The position numbers and the translations under genes are program-made. A stretch of 64,000 nucleotides of DNA from Pristiophorus japonicus (Eukaryota). Of this stretch, positions 28,141-39,400 are shown piece after piece. The number at the start of each line of letters is the position of its first letter. Position 1 is the stretch's first letter. The notes under the pieces are model-generated. The model saw only the letters and a list, made by a program, of their open reading frames with translations, had not been told where the DNA came from and did no database searches. The stretch lies in the NCBI RefSeq assembly GCF_044704955.1, contig NC_091995.1, positions 17,794,001 through 17,858,000 of the forward strand. Reading direction: 5' to 3'.

Positions 28141-29835
28141 ACATGGGGACACCACCACCTGCATGTTCCCCTCCAAATCAAACACCATCCTGACTTGGCC
28201 TTCTGTCGCGGTTACTTTCAAAACCTGGAACTCTCCCAAACAGCGCGGTGGGAGCACTTTCACCTCACGGACTGTAGCGGTTCAAGAAGAAGGCCAACCA
28301 GCACCTTCTCAAGGGCAATTTTGGGAGTGCAATACAAGGCGGCCTCGCCAGTGACGCCCAGATCCCGAGAGTGATTTTTTTTTGGAATAAATAAATGGAG
28401 GATATTCATAAAAATCAGTTGTGTATAATTTTAGGTAGGACTATAGACAATTATTCAACCCAGTTACAGTATTCAAGGCGAAGAGCAACACCTAAGCCTT
28501 GTAATTGCAGCGTGCCAATATTAGGAATAAACAGGTCAACACATCTATAAGTTAGATTTCACTGCCATCCTGTAAACGGAGATAGAGGCAGATAGAGTTG
28601 TGTGTGTAAATAGGAATTAATACATTGCACTCCATCTAAATGAATGCAACGATGGGTCCACGAAAGAACCACATTGACTACCCAGATTCGGCCATCTAAT
28701 ATCTGGATGGTCGTTTTGTCTTAAGCATCCCATAATTATGAGGGGACAATTTTCTCGTTCGTGCTCAGGGCCGCGTACATCTCCAGGGTCTAGGGAATTC
28801 AGGAAAAGTCGGCGGGAGGAGGAATACTCTCAAGATATTAAGGGGAACAGATAGGAAAGATGGAGATAAACTATTTCAGCTGTTTGGGGATTCTGGGACC
28901 GGGGGCATAGTCTAACATTTAGAAGCAGACTTTTCAAGAGCGAAATTAGAAAATTCTTCTCCACATAAAGGGTGGTAGAGGTTTGGCACTCTCTTTCATA
29001 AATGGCAATTGTAAATTTAAAATCTGTGATTGATAGCCTTTTATTCAACAAAGGCACTAAGGAATATGGAGTTAGGTTGCAAATCAGCTGTGATCTCAAT
29101 GAATGGCGGAGCAGGTTTGAAGTGTTAAATGGCCAAAACCTTTTCCTATGGTAACGGAACTCCACCAACCACCCCCCACCACCCCTCACATCCCATCCCA
29201 TTTAAAATAAATTAAAGTGGCACGAACCTATTAAGCTTCTCTACATTAAAATTCTCCCAGTGTTACTTCAGGGGTAGGAACATGTCCACTTGACCACCGG
29301 TGACATATTGCATTTTAATCGATGTCCTAGTTTTATGTATGCCAGTGTTAAGTATGAATCCGCATCCGGTGATCGTGAAAAATGCTATATAAATATTTAT
29401 TTAATAATTGCTCGCTAAATACTGTCTTATCAGTACTCTTCCTGGATTAGTATTTTAAATAACATGTCACTTATTGACAGATCAATATTTCTTTCTCCAG
29501 AAACGCATGTTGTCCCTTGAATCTATTTCTACTGCCCACACTAACGACCACCTCCAGTAACTTTTTCTACAAATCTATTACAATTTAGGCGTACCACCTG
29601 TCTTTCCTTCTTGCCTGTAGCTTGTTCATCGACAAGTTAATTAAATTGATTCATTGAATTCAAGACATGTGACACATTTTGCGCAGGCATATTGATCCTA
29701 TGTATTGCAATGAACAGACCATTAATTTGTGATATTGAATGATATTTTAAGATGAGCTTCAACTCTCCAGACAGAACTAAGTACTGGTCTGTAAATCTGT
29801 AGGAAATATTAAAGATTACTCCATTTATACTCCAG

Positions 29836-30174
29836 ACAGTGGGTTGATGAGTGGGATCAGAGTGTTCCAGACCCCGGGAGTGATTCACATAACAGAAGGT
29901 GGATCGGTGCAATTTAACTGCACTTTCGAAGCGAATGGCTCTTTCGGAGAAGTTATTTGGAGGCGGGCCTCGCAAAACCTGGAAGTGTCGGATCAGAATC
30001 TTTTCTATCAGAACCGGATAATGAAATCAGGTTCGCAATTATTTTCCCAAAAAATGGCTTTTCTTAAAATCATCAATTTATCGAATATGGACTCGGATGT
30101 TTACTACTGCGAGGTGAAAATTCCGTCGGATGGGAAAGGAAATGGGACAGGGACACAACTTACAGTAACTGACA
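29836..30174 (+). CDS. Gene B V2 exon: VJ-type Ig V domain (NCR3/NKp30-like)
   Basis: Acceptor ccatttatactccag|, donor a|gtgagt, 339 nt, phase 1-1. Encodes IRVFQTP..EGGSVQFNC..VIW..AFLKIINL..DSDVYYCEV..GKGNGTGTQLTV; the EGGS..C and GxGNGT motifs are typical of the NKp30 family. Confidence 0.92.
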
Positions 30175-30307
30175 GTGAGTAGAAAAGATCAGAGTTTATT
30201 GTAAGAATGTCCGAATCGTTCGACATTTATATAGCTGGGAATGTGCTATGCTAAGAGATTGTATCTCGGGTTTGTGAATTATATCCGAGTGTCAATATCG
30301 CTTTCAG

Positions 30308-30438
30308 AGTACTTTGACCACATTCGGTCGGCAGTTAATATCCTGAAAGTATTACATATCTTACCAGAATCCCGCTATTCAAGGTGCGATGCTGTAGTAC
30401 ACGGAAGCATTGGCGGAGACGATGCTCATCCCAAATGA
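30308..30438 (+). CDS. Candidate terminal exon after V2 (secreted form, or decayed TM exon)
   Basis: cgctttcag| phase 1: (K)YFDHIRSAVNILKVLHILPESRYSRCDAVVHGSIGGDDAHPK*; AATAAA at 30538-30543. Confidence 0.35.
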
Positions 30439-31294
30439 AGCAGAGACCTGCTGCTCACTCACTGGGCAAGAGTGGGGAAACCGAACAGTTGGGGCCGTCC
30501 AGAAGGAGAATAACTGGAAGGAGCCGAAGTTGTCAAAAATAAAGATATTGCACAAGTTGAATATATTTGGTTGATTTTGGTTGTACTGATGAATCTAACT
30601 GGAACCTTGTTTTAGTGCAGTCATGGATATTGCAAAAAAAATGCATTGAACGTTGGGGCTTGTAGAGAGCTCAATGGGCAGGCAAAGCAGGTTTCTGCGG
30701 AAAGATCCCAGCAGAGCGGGACGAAATTCCAGTTCCCCACTTTCTGCAAGAATTGTCTTAACATTATGTGATGGTAAAAGTATTTGGTCAAAATCAGAAT
30801 GCAAGGCAATAGACAAGCAGACAATTGTGAAGCTCGAAATAGTGGCAAAGTAGAAAAATGCAAGAAATTAAAACAATGGAGAGTAAAAGTCAGACGGGGT
30901 TCACCCGATCCCGTCAGTTTCCCAACAGGCAAATTTCCTTTCAATTGTTCCTATATATATGTCTAACTTAGGATGGGACATGGCACGGAAGGGAACGGTA
31001 GCATAGTGGTTATCTTACACCGAGCCACATAAGGAGTTGTTAGGAAAGATGACCAAAAGCTCCATCCAAGAGGTAAGTTTTAAAGAGTGTCTTAAATCAG
31101 GAGAGTGATGCGAAAAGGGTGAGAGGTTTAGGGAGGGAATTTCAGAGCTTGGGGCCCAGGCAGCTGAAGGCACGACCGCCAATGGAGGAGGGATTACAAT
31201 TAGGGCTACTGAAGTGGGCAGAATTGGAGGAGCGCAGAGAGATGGGACAGTTCTAGTGCTGGAAGAGGCTACAGCCAGAAGGAGTGGTGAGTCC

Positions 31295-31295
<1 letters not shown>

Positions 31296-31322
<27 letters not shown>
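31296..31322. repeat. (AT)n microsatellite
   Basis: Direct reading. Confidence 0.9.
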
Positions 31323-31325
<3 letters not shown>

Positions 31326-31419
31326 AAATATCAAGTGCAAGCTGAGTTTATGTCTACGGTGCGAACATAACGTTGACATTTATGAAGGATTGAATAAAAC
31401 TGTAATCCGTTAATCTTCG

Positions 31420-31790
31420 GTCTCAATGTACTGAGGGAGCTCTGCACTGTCAGAGGTGCTGTCTTTCAGATGAAACTTTATGCCGAGGCCCTGTCTGCTC
31501 TATCAGGTGAACGTAAAGGATCCCATGGCATTCTTTCAAAGAAGAGCAGGGGTGTCTTCCAGATGTCCTTGCCAATATTTATCGCTCAATCAACATAACA
31601 AAAGCAAATTAGCTGGTCATTATCACTTTGCTGTTTATGAGAGTTTGGTGTGTGCAAATTGGCTGCCGCGTGTCTTACATTACAACAGTAACTACACTCC
31701 AAAGAAAGATACTTCATTGGCTATAAAGCAGTTTGGAACATCCGGACTTCATGAAAGGCGCTATATAAATGCAAATCTTTCTTTGCTCGG
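31420..31790 (+). mobile_element. Deu-domain SINE (5'-truncated)
   Basis: Core plus aaaggcgctatataaatgcaa tail. Confidence 0.75.
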
Positions 31791-32299
31791 TGATGATTGA
31801 CTAATACAAATATAGTGTACTGGCCTAATTATTTTTAAAAGATTGTTTCTGGCCAAATTTGGAAAACGAGATTGATAAACAGAGTTGGTGTTGTTTTGTA
31901 TTAAGACACCACGGATTCTTTGCACACACATTTCTTAGAGGGCTTGGCAGGGACGATGTTTCCTATGGCTGAGGTGCCTAGAACCGTGATTACAGTTTCA
32001 AAATAAGTGGTCGGCCATTTAGGACTGAGATGAGGTGAAACGTCTTCACTCAGGGGATGGTGAATCTTCGGAATTCTCTACACCAGAGGGATGTGGAGCT
32101 CTGTCTTTGAGTATATTGAAGACAGAGTTTGCTAGATTTTTGAATATTAAGGCAATCAAGGGATATGGGGGCAGTTCAGGGAAGTGGAGTTGAGGTAGAA
32201 GATCGGTCATGATCTTATTGAACGGTAGAGCAGGATTGAAGGACCAAATGGCCTACTCCTGGTCTTAATTTTAGCTTATAATGCTTAAACAACTCAACG

Positions 32300-32820
32300 G
32301 CTGTGGTGGGATGCTTACTGCGTTCACCAGCACTTTGGGCGGCTGCATTTCAGATGTGAGCCACTGGTCATCTGTAGAGAAAGCGTCAATATATTGGTCA
32401 GTCACTAGCTTCTTATTGGCAAGCTTTATATATTTATTTGGGCTTTAACATGTACGAATATTTAGTTGCTCAAACTTTGTCCTTATGCAGAAATAAACAC
32501 ACAATGAAGTAACAGCGTAAATCAAGGCATTATTTCAACTATGTTGCATTGCTTATTTTGCAATGAATCCTCCATTTCTATAGTATAAGCCTGTTATCTT
32601 TCGGCGAACTTTATATATATATATATATTGCATCTACATATAATATATATATATATGGCACGTTAAAGGTTCTCCTCGAAGCAGGTGCTGACAATTTCTA
32701 TTAAGATACTAGCAAATTATTGGGGCTTTTCAAAATTGACTTCTGGAAATAAATTAACTCGCGGGCTCCTTAAATGTGTTATATATGAAATTATCTGACA
32801 TATTATACCTTCTACCTTTA
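32300..32820 (+). pseudogene. Decayed paralogue of the gene B 5'/leader region
   Basis: Aligns by eye with 23935-24430 (ctgcgttca.cagcacttt, tcagatgtgagc, aaataaattaa). The leader coding part is largely deleted and the donor ggtaagtcact has become ggtcagtcact. Confidence 0.65.
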
Positions 32821-33114
32821 CGCAGCAAGTCGTTAGGATCTGAAATGCACTGCCTGAAATTGTAGAGGAGGCAGACTCAATCATTGCTTTCAAAAGGGAA
32901 TTGGTTAAGTATCTGAAGGAAAAACATACAGGGCTACCGGGAAAGGATGGAGAGTGGGACTAGCTGAAGTGCTCTTACTGAGAGCCAGCATGGGCTCGAC
33001 ATGCCAAATGACCGCCTTCTGTGCTATTACCATTCTATGATTCTATAATTCTATATTGACATGTAATTCTGTGGGTAATTATTGACAGATTGCATTGTTC
33101 CGTTTATACTCTAG

Positions 33115-33277
33115 ACAGTGTGCTGATGAGTGAGATCAGAGTGTTCCATTCCCCAACTGCCATTCATGTAACAGAAGGTGGATCGGTGCAGCTGAAGTGC
33201 ACCTTCCAAGTGGATGGTTCTGTCGGATTAGTTGGTTGAAGGCTGGAATCACAAAATGTGGAGGTCACGGATCATAA
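33115..33277 (+). pseudogene. Truncated V3 pseudo-exon (paralogue of V2)
   Basis: ctctag|ac..: DSVLMSEIRVFHSPTAIHVTEGGSVQLKCTFQVDGSVGLVG*RLESQNVEVTDH. The core Trp codon is TGA, and the 3' half is missing at a repeat insertion. Confidence 0.85.
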
Positions 33278-33900
33278 AATACGCGGATGCTGGAAATCTG
33301 AAATCAAAACAGAAAATCTGTGGAGAAAAAGAAGACTTAAATTAATATGACACACTACTTCACTACCGGATGCCTCAAAGTGCTTTACAGACAATGAAGT
33401 GCTTATGAAGTTTAGTCACTGTAGTAATGCAAGAAACACGGCAGCTAATTTGTGCATCGCAAGCTCCCACAAACAGCAATGTGATAATGATCAGATTTGT
33501 TTTATTTATGTTGATTGAAGAAAAAATATTGGCCAAGATAGAGGGGATAACTCCCCTGCTCGTCTTCTCAATAGTGTTTTTACGTCTACCTGAGAGAGCA
33601 GACGGGCCCTTGGTTTAACATCTAATTCGAAAGACAGCACCTCTGACAGTACAGCACTCCTTCAGTACTGCACTTGAGTGTCAGCCTAGATTTATGTGCT
33701 CAAGTCCCTGGAGTGGGACTGTTAACCCACAACCTTCTGACTCAGAGGCTAGAGTGCTATCCACTGAATCACAACTGGGGGAAACAGAGTTAACATTTCA
33801 GGTTGCTGACGAAGGGTCAGCCACCTGAAATGTTAACTGTTTCTATGTCCACAGATGCTGCTAGGCCTGCTGAGTATTTCTAGCATTTCCTGTTTTATTA
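33277..33900. mobile_element. Palindromic Penelope-like terminal fragment (33277-33330 and 33780-33900)
   Basis: gatgctggaaatctgaaat..aaacagaaaat and its inverted counterpart; related copies at 26570-26680, 51630-51800 and 58385-58470. Confidence 0.5.
33335..33777 (-). mobile_element. Deu-domain SINE nested in a Penelope-like repeat
   Basis: cgaaagacagcacctctgacagtacagcactccttcagtactgcact. Confidence 0.75.
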
Positions 33901-34060
33901 TATTTAATAATGGGTGCGTTGTATAATGGTAGGACAATGCGATTCTGCATGCTTTGTGGAAGTGTCCATGTCCAATTTAACCCCATCATTTTCTTGCATT
34001 ATATTTCACTTTAACCAAGCCCCACCTTACTTATTCTATTATTGCTTTTGTTTCTGACAG

Positions 34061-34182
34061 GATCTACAGTTGAGATTATCTGCCATTTCCCCACACTCAA
34101 TGTTGGATTACAAGTCGCAAAAATGGTACTGCTGATCATTCTCATAATCACAGGCCTAACGATGCATTCTATCCTACGTTGA
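34061..34182 (+). CDS. Stalk/TM terminal exon with intramembrane Lys and no tail (activating type)
   Basis: Strong acceptor attgcttttgtttctgacag|, phase 1: (R)STVEIICHFPTLNVGLQVAKMVLLIILIITGLTMHSILR*. Confidence 0.78.
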
Positions 34183-34544
34183 CAAAAAAGGCTGTGATTT
34201 ATAACAAGATGCATTTCGAAAAACAAAGTCCAAAGTCAAAGCAAATTGTAACAAGAAGTTCTTTGTGATGCCCATAGTCGATATCTTGGTGTTATAGCTT
34301 TGCATGTATGTGCATTTAAGCATCGGGGAGGATAGATTCCAAATATGCTTTTTATCGCAAAGCATTTAAACTGAAGTTACTGATCCATCAACAAATAACT
34401 CGCAAATGCCATTCTGTGATGCGAGACGTCTTTCTTTCAAAAAATGAGAAAGGCATAGATTTTTTTTAACTGTCATGGTCGGTGTAAAATGTCCAGTTCG
34501 TGCATGATTTTATATGTTACGGTAGATTTTCTTTTAGCTTACGA

Positions 34545-35035
34545 AACTCGGCTGCCGGTGTCTTAACTCACACCAAGTCCCGCTCAACCATCACCCCCTG
34601 CGCTCGTTGAACTATACTGGTTCCCGCTCCGGCAATGCATCGATTTTAAAATTCTCATCCTTATTTTCAAATCCCTCCGTGCCCTCGCCCCTTCCTATCT
34701 CTGTAATCTCCTTTAACCCCACAAACCCCCCTGAGATATCTGCGTTCCTCTAATTCTGCCCTCTGGAGCATCCCTGTTGAGATTGAGCATTGGTGGTCGT
34801 GCCTTCTGAGCCTAGGCCCTAATGGAATTCCTTCCTTAAACCTCTCTGCCTATCCACCTCCTTCCTCCGTTAAGACGCTCCTTAAAACCTATCTCTTTGA
34901 CTAAGCTTTTAGTCATTGTTGCATTTTCTCCATATGAGGCGTGGTGTCAATTTTTGTTGTACTATAATACTCATGTGAAGCGCCTTGAAACGTGTTACTA
35001 CGTTGAAGATGCTATATAAATACAAGTTGTTATTG
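34545..35035 (+). mobile_element. L2-clade LINE 3' end
   Basis: Same family as 13047-13693; tail gctatataaatacaagttgttattg. Confidence 0.8.
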
Positions 35036-37011
35036 TGGAAACATTTAAATGGGGGGGCGGGGATCAAAATAATAGCAGTTTTGTGCTGGTCTTGAGTCTT
35101 GATTACTCAATCTGAGACTCTAAAGTAAATCCAGTTGCACTCTCCAAGTGAGAACTATCTGCCAGTAGATTACAATTGTCCATGTCTCGTGAACAGGTCC
35201 TAGGCTGCTCATAGAATTGTTACAGCTCAGCAGGAGGCCATTCGGCCCGTCGAACCCGTTGTTATGTTGCAGAACGCAACTGTCATTACAAAAGCGACAT
35301 TCTCATAATTAACTTCGGAATTAAATTGAACGTGATATTTTGGTGAATGTCTTCTGGGACTGCTTTTGTTTATCTTATTAAGTATTATGAATCGTTTACT
35401 TGTCTTTAATTCAGTAAGTCACCACGGGACTAACCTTGATACTTGCTTGGAACGCCTTTAATTGAATGCTGTTAACGATCTGCTCAAAATGTATTAAAGC
35501 CGACAGGGAATCGATGTGATTTTTAATTTGTCGTTTTATGCAAAACTTTAAAATATAATGTGACGTATCTACTCTATGTGTGAAAGAGCTCTTGCATTTA
35601 TTGGCTTTTAAAGCGAATGCCTTTTTCTCGTGTTTAATCCAAATTGATCAGTACTTGCGGAGAAGTCCAATCCTCAGCTTGTCAGCGATATCTTTCATGC
35701 ACCCCAGTCTAAAAAATAGAGCCAGACGTTTCAAGATTGAAATTAGGAAACACTTCTGCACACAAAGGATTGTAGAAGTTTGGAACTCTCTTCCTCAAAC
35801 GGCAACTGATGCTAGGCCAATTGTTAATTTTAAATCGGTATTTGGTAGCTTTCTGTTAAGCAAAGGGATTAAGGGATATGGATCAAAGGCGATTATACGG
35901 AATCAGTTCGCAGATCAGCTATGATCTTATTGAATGGCGGAGCATGCACGAGGACCTCCTCCTGTTATTATGTTCCAAAACTTAGTAGGATTTTGTTTTT
36001 AAGTCTCATGATCCGTTGAAAACAGGCTGCTACTGAAAGTCTCCACGTAAAATGCAGGCTGTGAAGTCAGTTACCTAGAATTATTTTCCTGATGGGATGA
36101 AGGGGTTTGCAATTATCACATAATAAAACACTCTGTCAAAACGCAAATGTGAAATAATGAGAAATAGTAAGATGCAATCTTTGAGTTAAATGATCGAAAC
36201 AACTTCTTTATCCCATTGATGATATTAATTACATTACTGGGCAGTAATTAACATTATATTAATATAGGAATATCTGCCTAGGAACCGAATGTTAAAATTG
36301 GGGTGACTGAATGCCCCACAGAACGGGATGTGTTTCTCAGCACAGAGGGACCTTGTTGTGGAGAATATCTTGCTAAGGTAATAGGGTGGGAACGGATGGA
36401 TAATTACAGTTTACCTCAACTACGTTTGTAGATCTGGGAGTGTTGGTGTACAACTTCCCCTTAGAAAGTAAATGGGTGCGCTACCGTCCATGTCAAGGCA
36501 AATTGCATAAAGTCTGTGGGTGGGGGTGGATAGCTTCAATAAGCTAAATGCTTTTGATTCACTGTTTATATCTTGTTACATCCATAGATTATAAATACTA
36601 GCCAGGTCAGAATATTTATCTCTAATATAAGGAAGATCCGTAGTTCATATAAGTCAAATTTTAAAACTAGTCGATATTAAGCATTTGACTTTATGCTGTA
36701 CTCAGCTCACCAACCAGCAAAAAGCCTTGACTCTCTGTACCGATAACGCAAGTCGATGACATCACATTAACATTTGTAAATAAAAATTGGGGCCGTTATG
36801 TGCACTATAGTTGAAGGTATCTCTCAATAACGTCACTCTATCCTGTATGATGATTCGAGCTGTACACAGGCAAGAATTTATTTGCCGCATTATTCCAGAC
36901 CAAGCAATGAGCGAGCCAATATAAAATTTTACAGTGGGTCATACCTGAAGTGCGAGGTAATAATCAGAGCACCATGCTATGAAACATTGGAACCCCCATC
37001 AGGCTGCTCAT

Positions 37012-37778
37012 GGTGAATGGTGACAGATTAGGAAAAGGGGAGGTGCAAAGAGACCTGGGTGTCATGGTACATCAGTCATTGAAGGTTGGCATGCAGGTGC
37101 AGCAGGCGGTTAAGAAAGCAAATGGCATGTTGGCCTTCATAGCAAGGGGATTTGAGTACAGGGGCAGGGAGGTGTTGCTACAGTTGTACAGGGCATTGGT
37201 GAGGCCACACCTGGAGTATTGTGTACAGTTTTGGTCTCCTAACCTGAGGAAGGACATTCTTGCTATTGAGGGAGTGCAGCGAAGGTTCACCAGACTGATT
37301 CCCGGGATGGCGGGACTGACCTATCGAGAAAGACTGGATCAACTGGGCTTGTATTCACTGGAGTTCAGAAGAATGAGAGGGGACCTCATAGAAACATTTA
37401 AAATTCTGACGGGGTTAGACAGGTTAGATGCAGGAAGAATGTTCCCAATGTTGGGGAAGTCCAGAACCAGAGGTCACAGTCTAAGGATAAGGGGTAAGCC
37501 ATTTAGGACCGAGATGCGGAGGAACTTCTTCACCCAGAGAGTGGTGAACCTGTGGAATTCTCTACCACAGAAAGTTGTTGAGGCCAATTCACTAAATATA
37601 TTCAAAAAGGAGTTAGATGAGGTCCTTACTACTAGGGGGATCAAGGGGTATGGCGAGAAAGCAGGAATGGGGTACTGAAGTTGAATGTTCAGCCATGAAC
37701 TCATTGAATGGCGGTGCAGGCTAGAAGGGCCGAATGGCCTACTCCTGCACCTATTTTCTATGTTTCTATGTTTCTATG
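37012..37778 (+). mobile_element. Very young CR1 3' end
   Basis: Uninterrupted 222-aa RT C-terminus; (TTTCTATG)n tail; near-identical to 46797-47560. Confidence 0.92.
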
Positions 37779-38160
37779 TCAAGTGATGCATCAGCGACTG
37801 CTCCATGTCAAGAGCCAGGCGCCATAAGTCGAAAGGCCACCTCAGGCAAATTACCTCTCTGTGCAGCATGAGCAGTCAGCCATCTCCTGCATCCTGGCCT
37901 TCAGCTGGCGGGTAGAAAAAGCACTAGAACATGAGATAGAAGGACATCTTGCAGATAGCAAGAGGAAGTGAGGAATTATGGTTGTTGGAAAGAAAAGCCT
38001 AATTGCTTGTTGCACTTTGCAATTATTATATGAAAGTACAATGTGCACCTATATTGTGTTATATCATTGATAGAGATTACAGCCATACAGGAAAGTGAGT
38101 ACTCATTTGATGCTGATTTATTGACTCAGATGATGACTATTGGCAAAGTTATTTCCTGAA

Positions 38161-39400
38161 AAACATAGAAACATAGAAACATAGAAAATAGGTGCAGGAG
38201 TAGGCCATTCGGACCTTCGAGCCTGCAAAACCATTCAATAAGATCACGGCTGATCATTCACCTCAGTACCCCTTTCCTGCTTTCTCTGCATACCCCTTGA
38301 TCCCTTTAGCCGTACGGGCCATATCGAACTCCCTCTTGAATATATCTAACGAACTGGCATCAACAACTCTCTGCGGTAGAGAATTCTACAGGTTCACAAT
38401 TCTCTGAGTGAAGAAGTTTCTCCTCATCTCGGTCCTAAATGGCTTACCCCTTATCCTTAGACTGTGACCCCTGGTTCTGGACTTCCCCAACATCGGGAAC
38501 ATTCTTCCTTCATCTAATCTGCCAGTCCCGTCAGAATTTTATATATTTCTGTGAGATCCCCTCTCATTCTTCTGAACTCCAGTGATTACAGGCCCAGACG
38601 ATTCAGTCTCTTCTCATCTGTCAGTCCTGCCATCCCGGGAATCAGTCTGGTGAACCTTTGGTGCACTCCCTCAATAGGAAGAACGTCCTTCCTCAGCTTA
38701 GGAGACCAAAATTGAACACAATATTCCAGGTGAGGCCTCACCAAGGCGCTGTACAAAACTAAGACCGCCCTGCTCCTATACTCAAATCCCCTAGCTATGA
38801 AGGCTAACATGCCATTTGCCTTCTTCACCGCCTGCGGTACCTGCATGCCAACTTTCAATGACTGATGTACCATGGTACCAAGGTCTCGTTGCACCTCCCC
38901 TTTTCCTCATCTGCAGCATTCAGATAATATTCTGTCTTCATGTTTTTCCCACCAAAGTGGATAACCTCAAATTTGTCCACATTATACTGCATCTGCCATA
39001 CATTTGCCCACTTGCCTGACCTGTCCAAATCACCCTGCAGCCGCTTAGCTTCCGCCTCACAGCTCACACCGCCACCCAGCTTAGTGTCATCTGCAAACTT
39101 GGAGATATTATACTCAATTCCTTCATCTAAATCATTGATGTATATTGTAAATATCTGGGGTCCCAGCTCTGAGCCCTGCAGCACCCCAGTAGTCGCTGCC
39201 TGCCATTCTGAAAACGACCTGATTATCCTGACTCTCTGCTTCTTGTCTGCCAACCAGTTCTCTATCCACGTCAATACATTACCCACAATACCATGTGCTT
39301 TAATTTTGCACACCTATCTCTTGAGGGGAACTTGTCAAAAGCTTTTCGAATGTCCAAATACAACACATCCAATAGTTCTCCCTTGTCCACTCTACTGGAA
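38161..39400 (-). mobile_element. CR1 3' part
   Basis: (ATAGAAAC)n tail; [20 protein letters not shown]. Confidence 0.88.

Larger units (their letters stand above)
26213..29360. repeat. Inverted duplication block, paralogue of ~56490-58770
   Basis: Reverse-complement identity through the upstream intron, V exon, downstream intron and shared old LINE fragments; it ends at ..gtgttaagtatgaat (~29358). Confidence 0.9.

Noticed and set aside
26817-30174. Rearranging Ig/TCR/IgNAR V segments
   Set aside because: The J-like strand is already inside each exon, each exon ends in a splice donor, I saw no heptamer-spacer-nonamer at the V ends, and there is no C1 exon.
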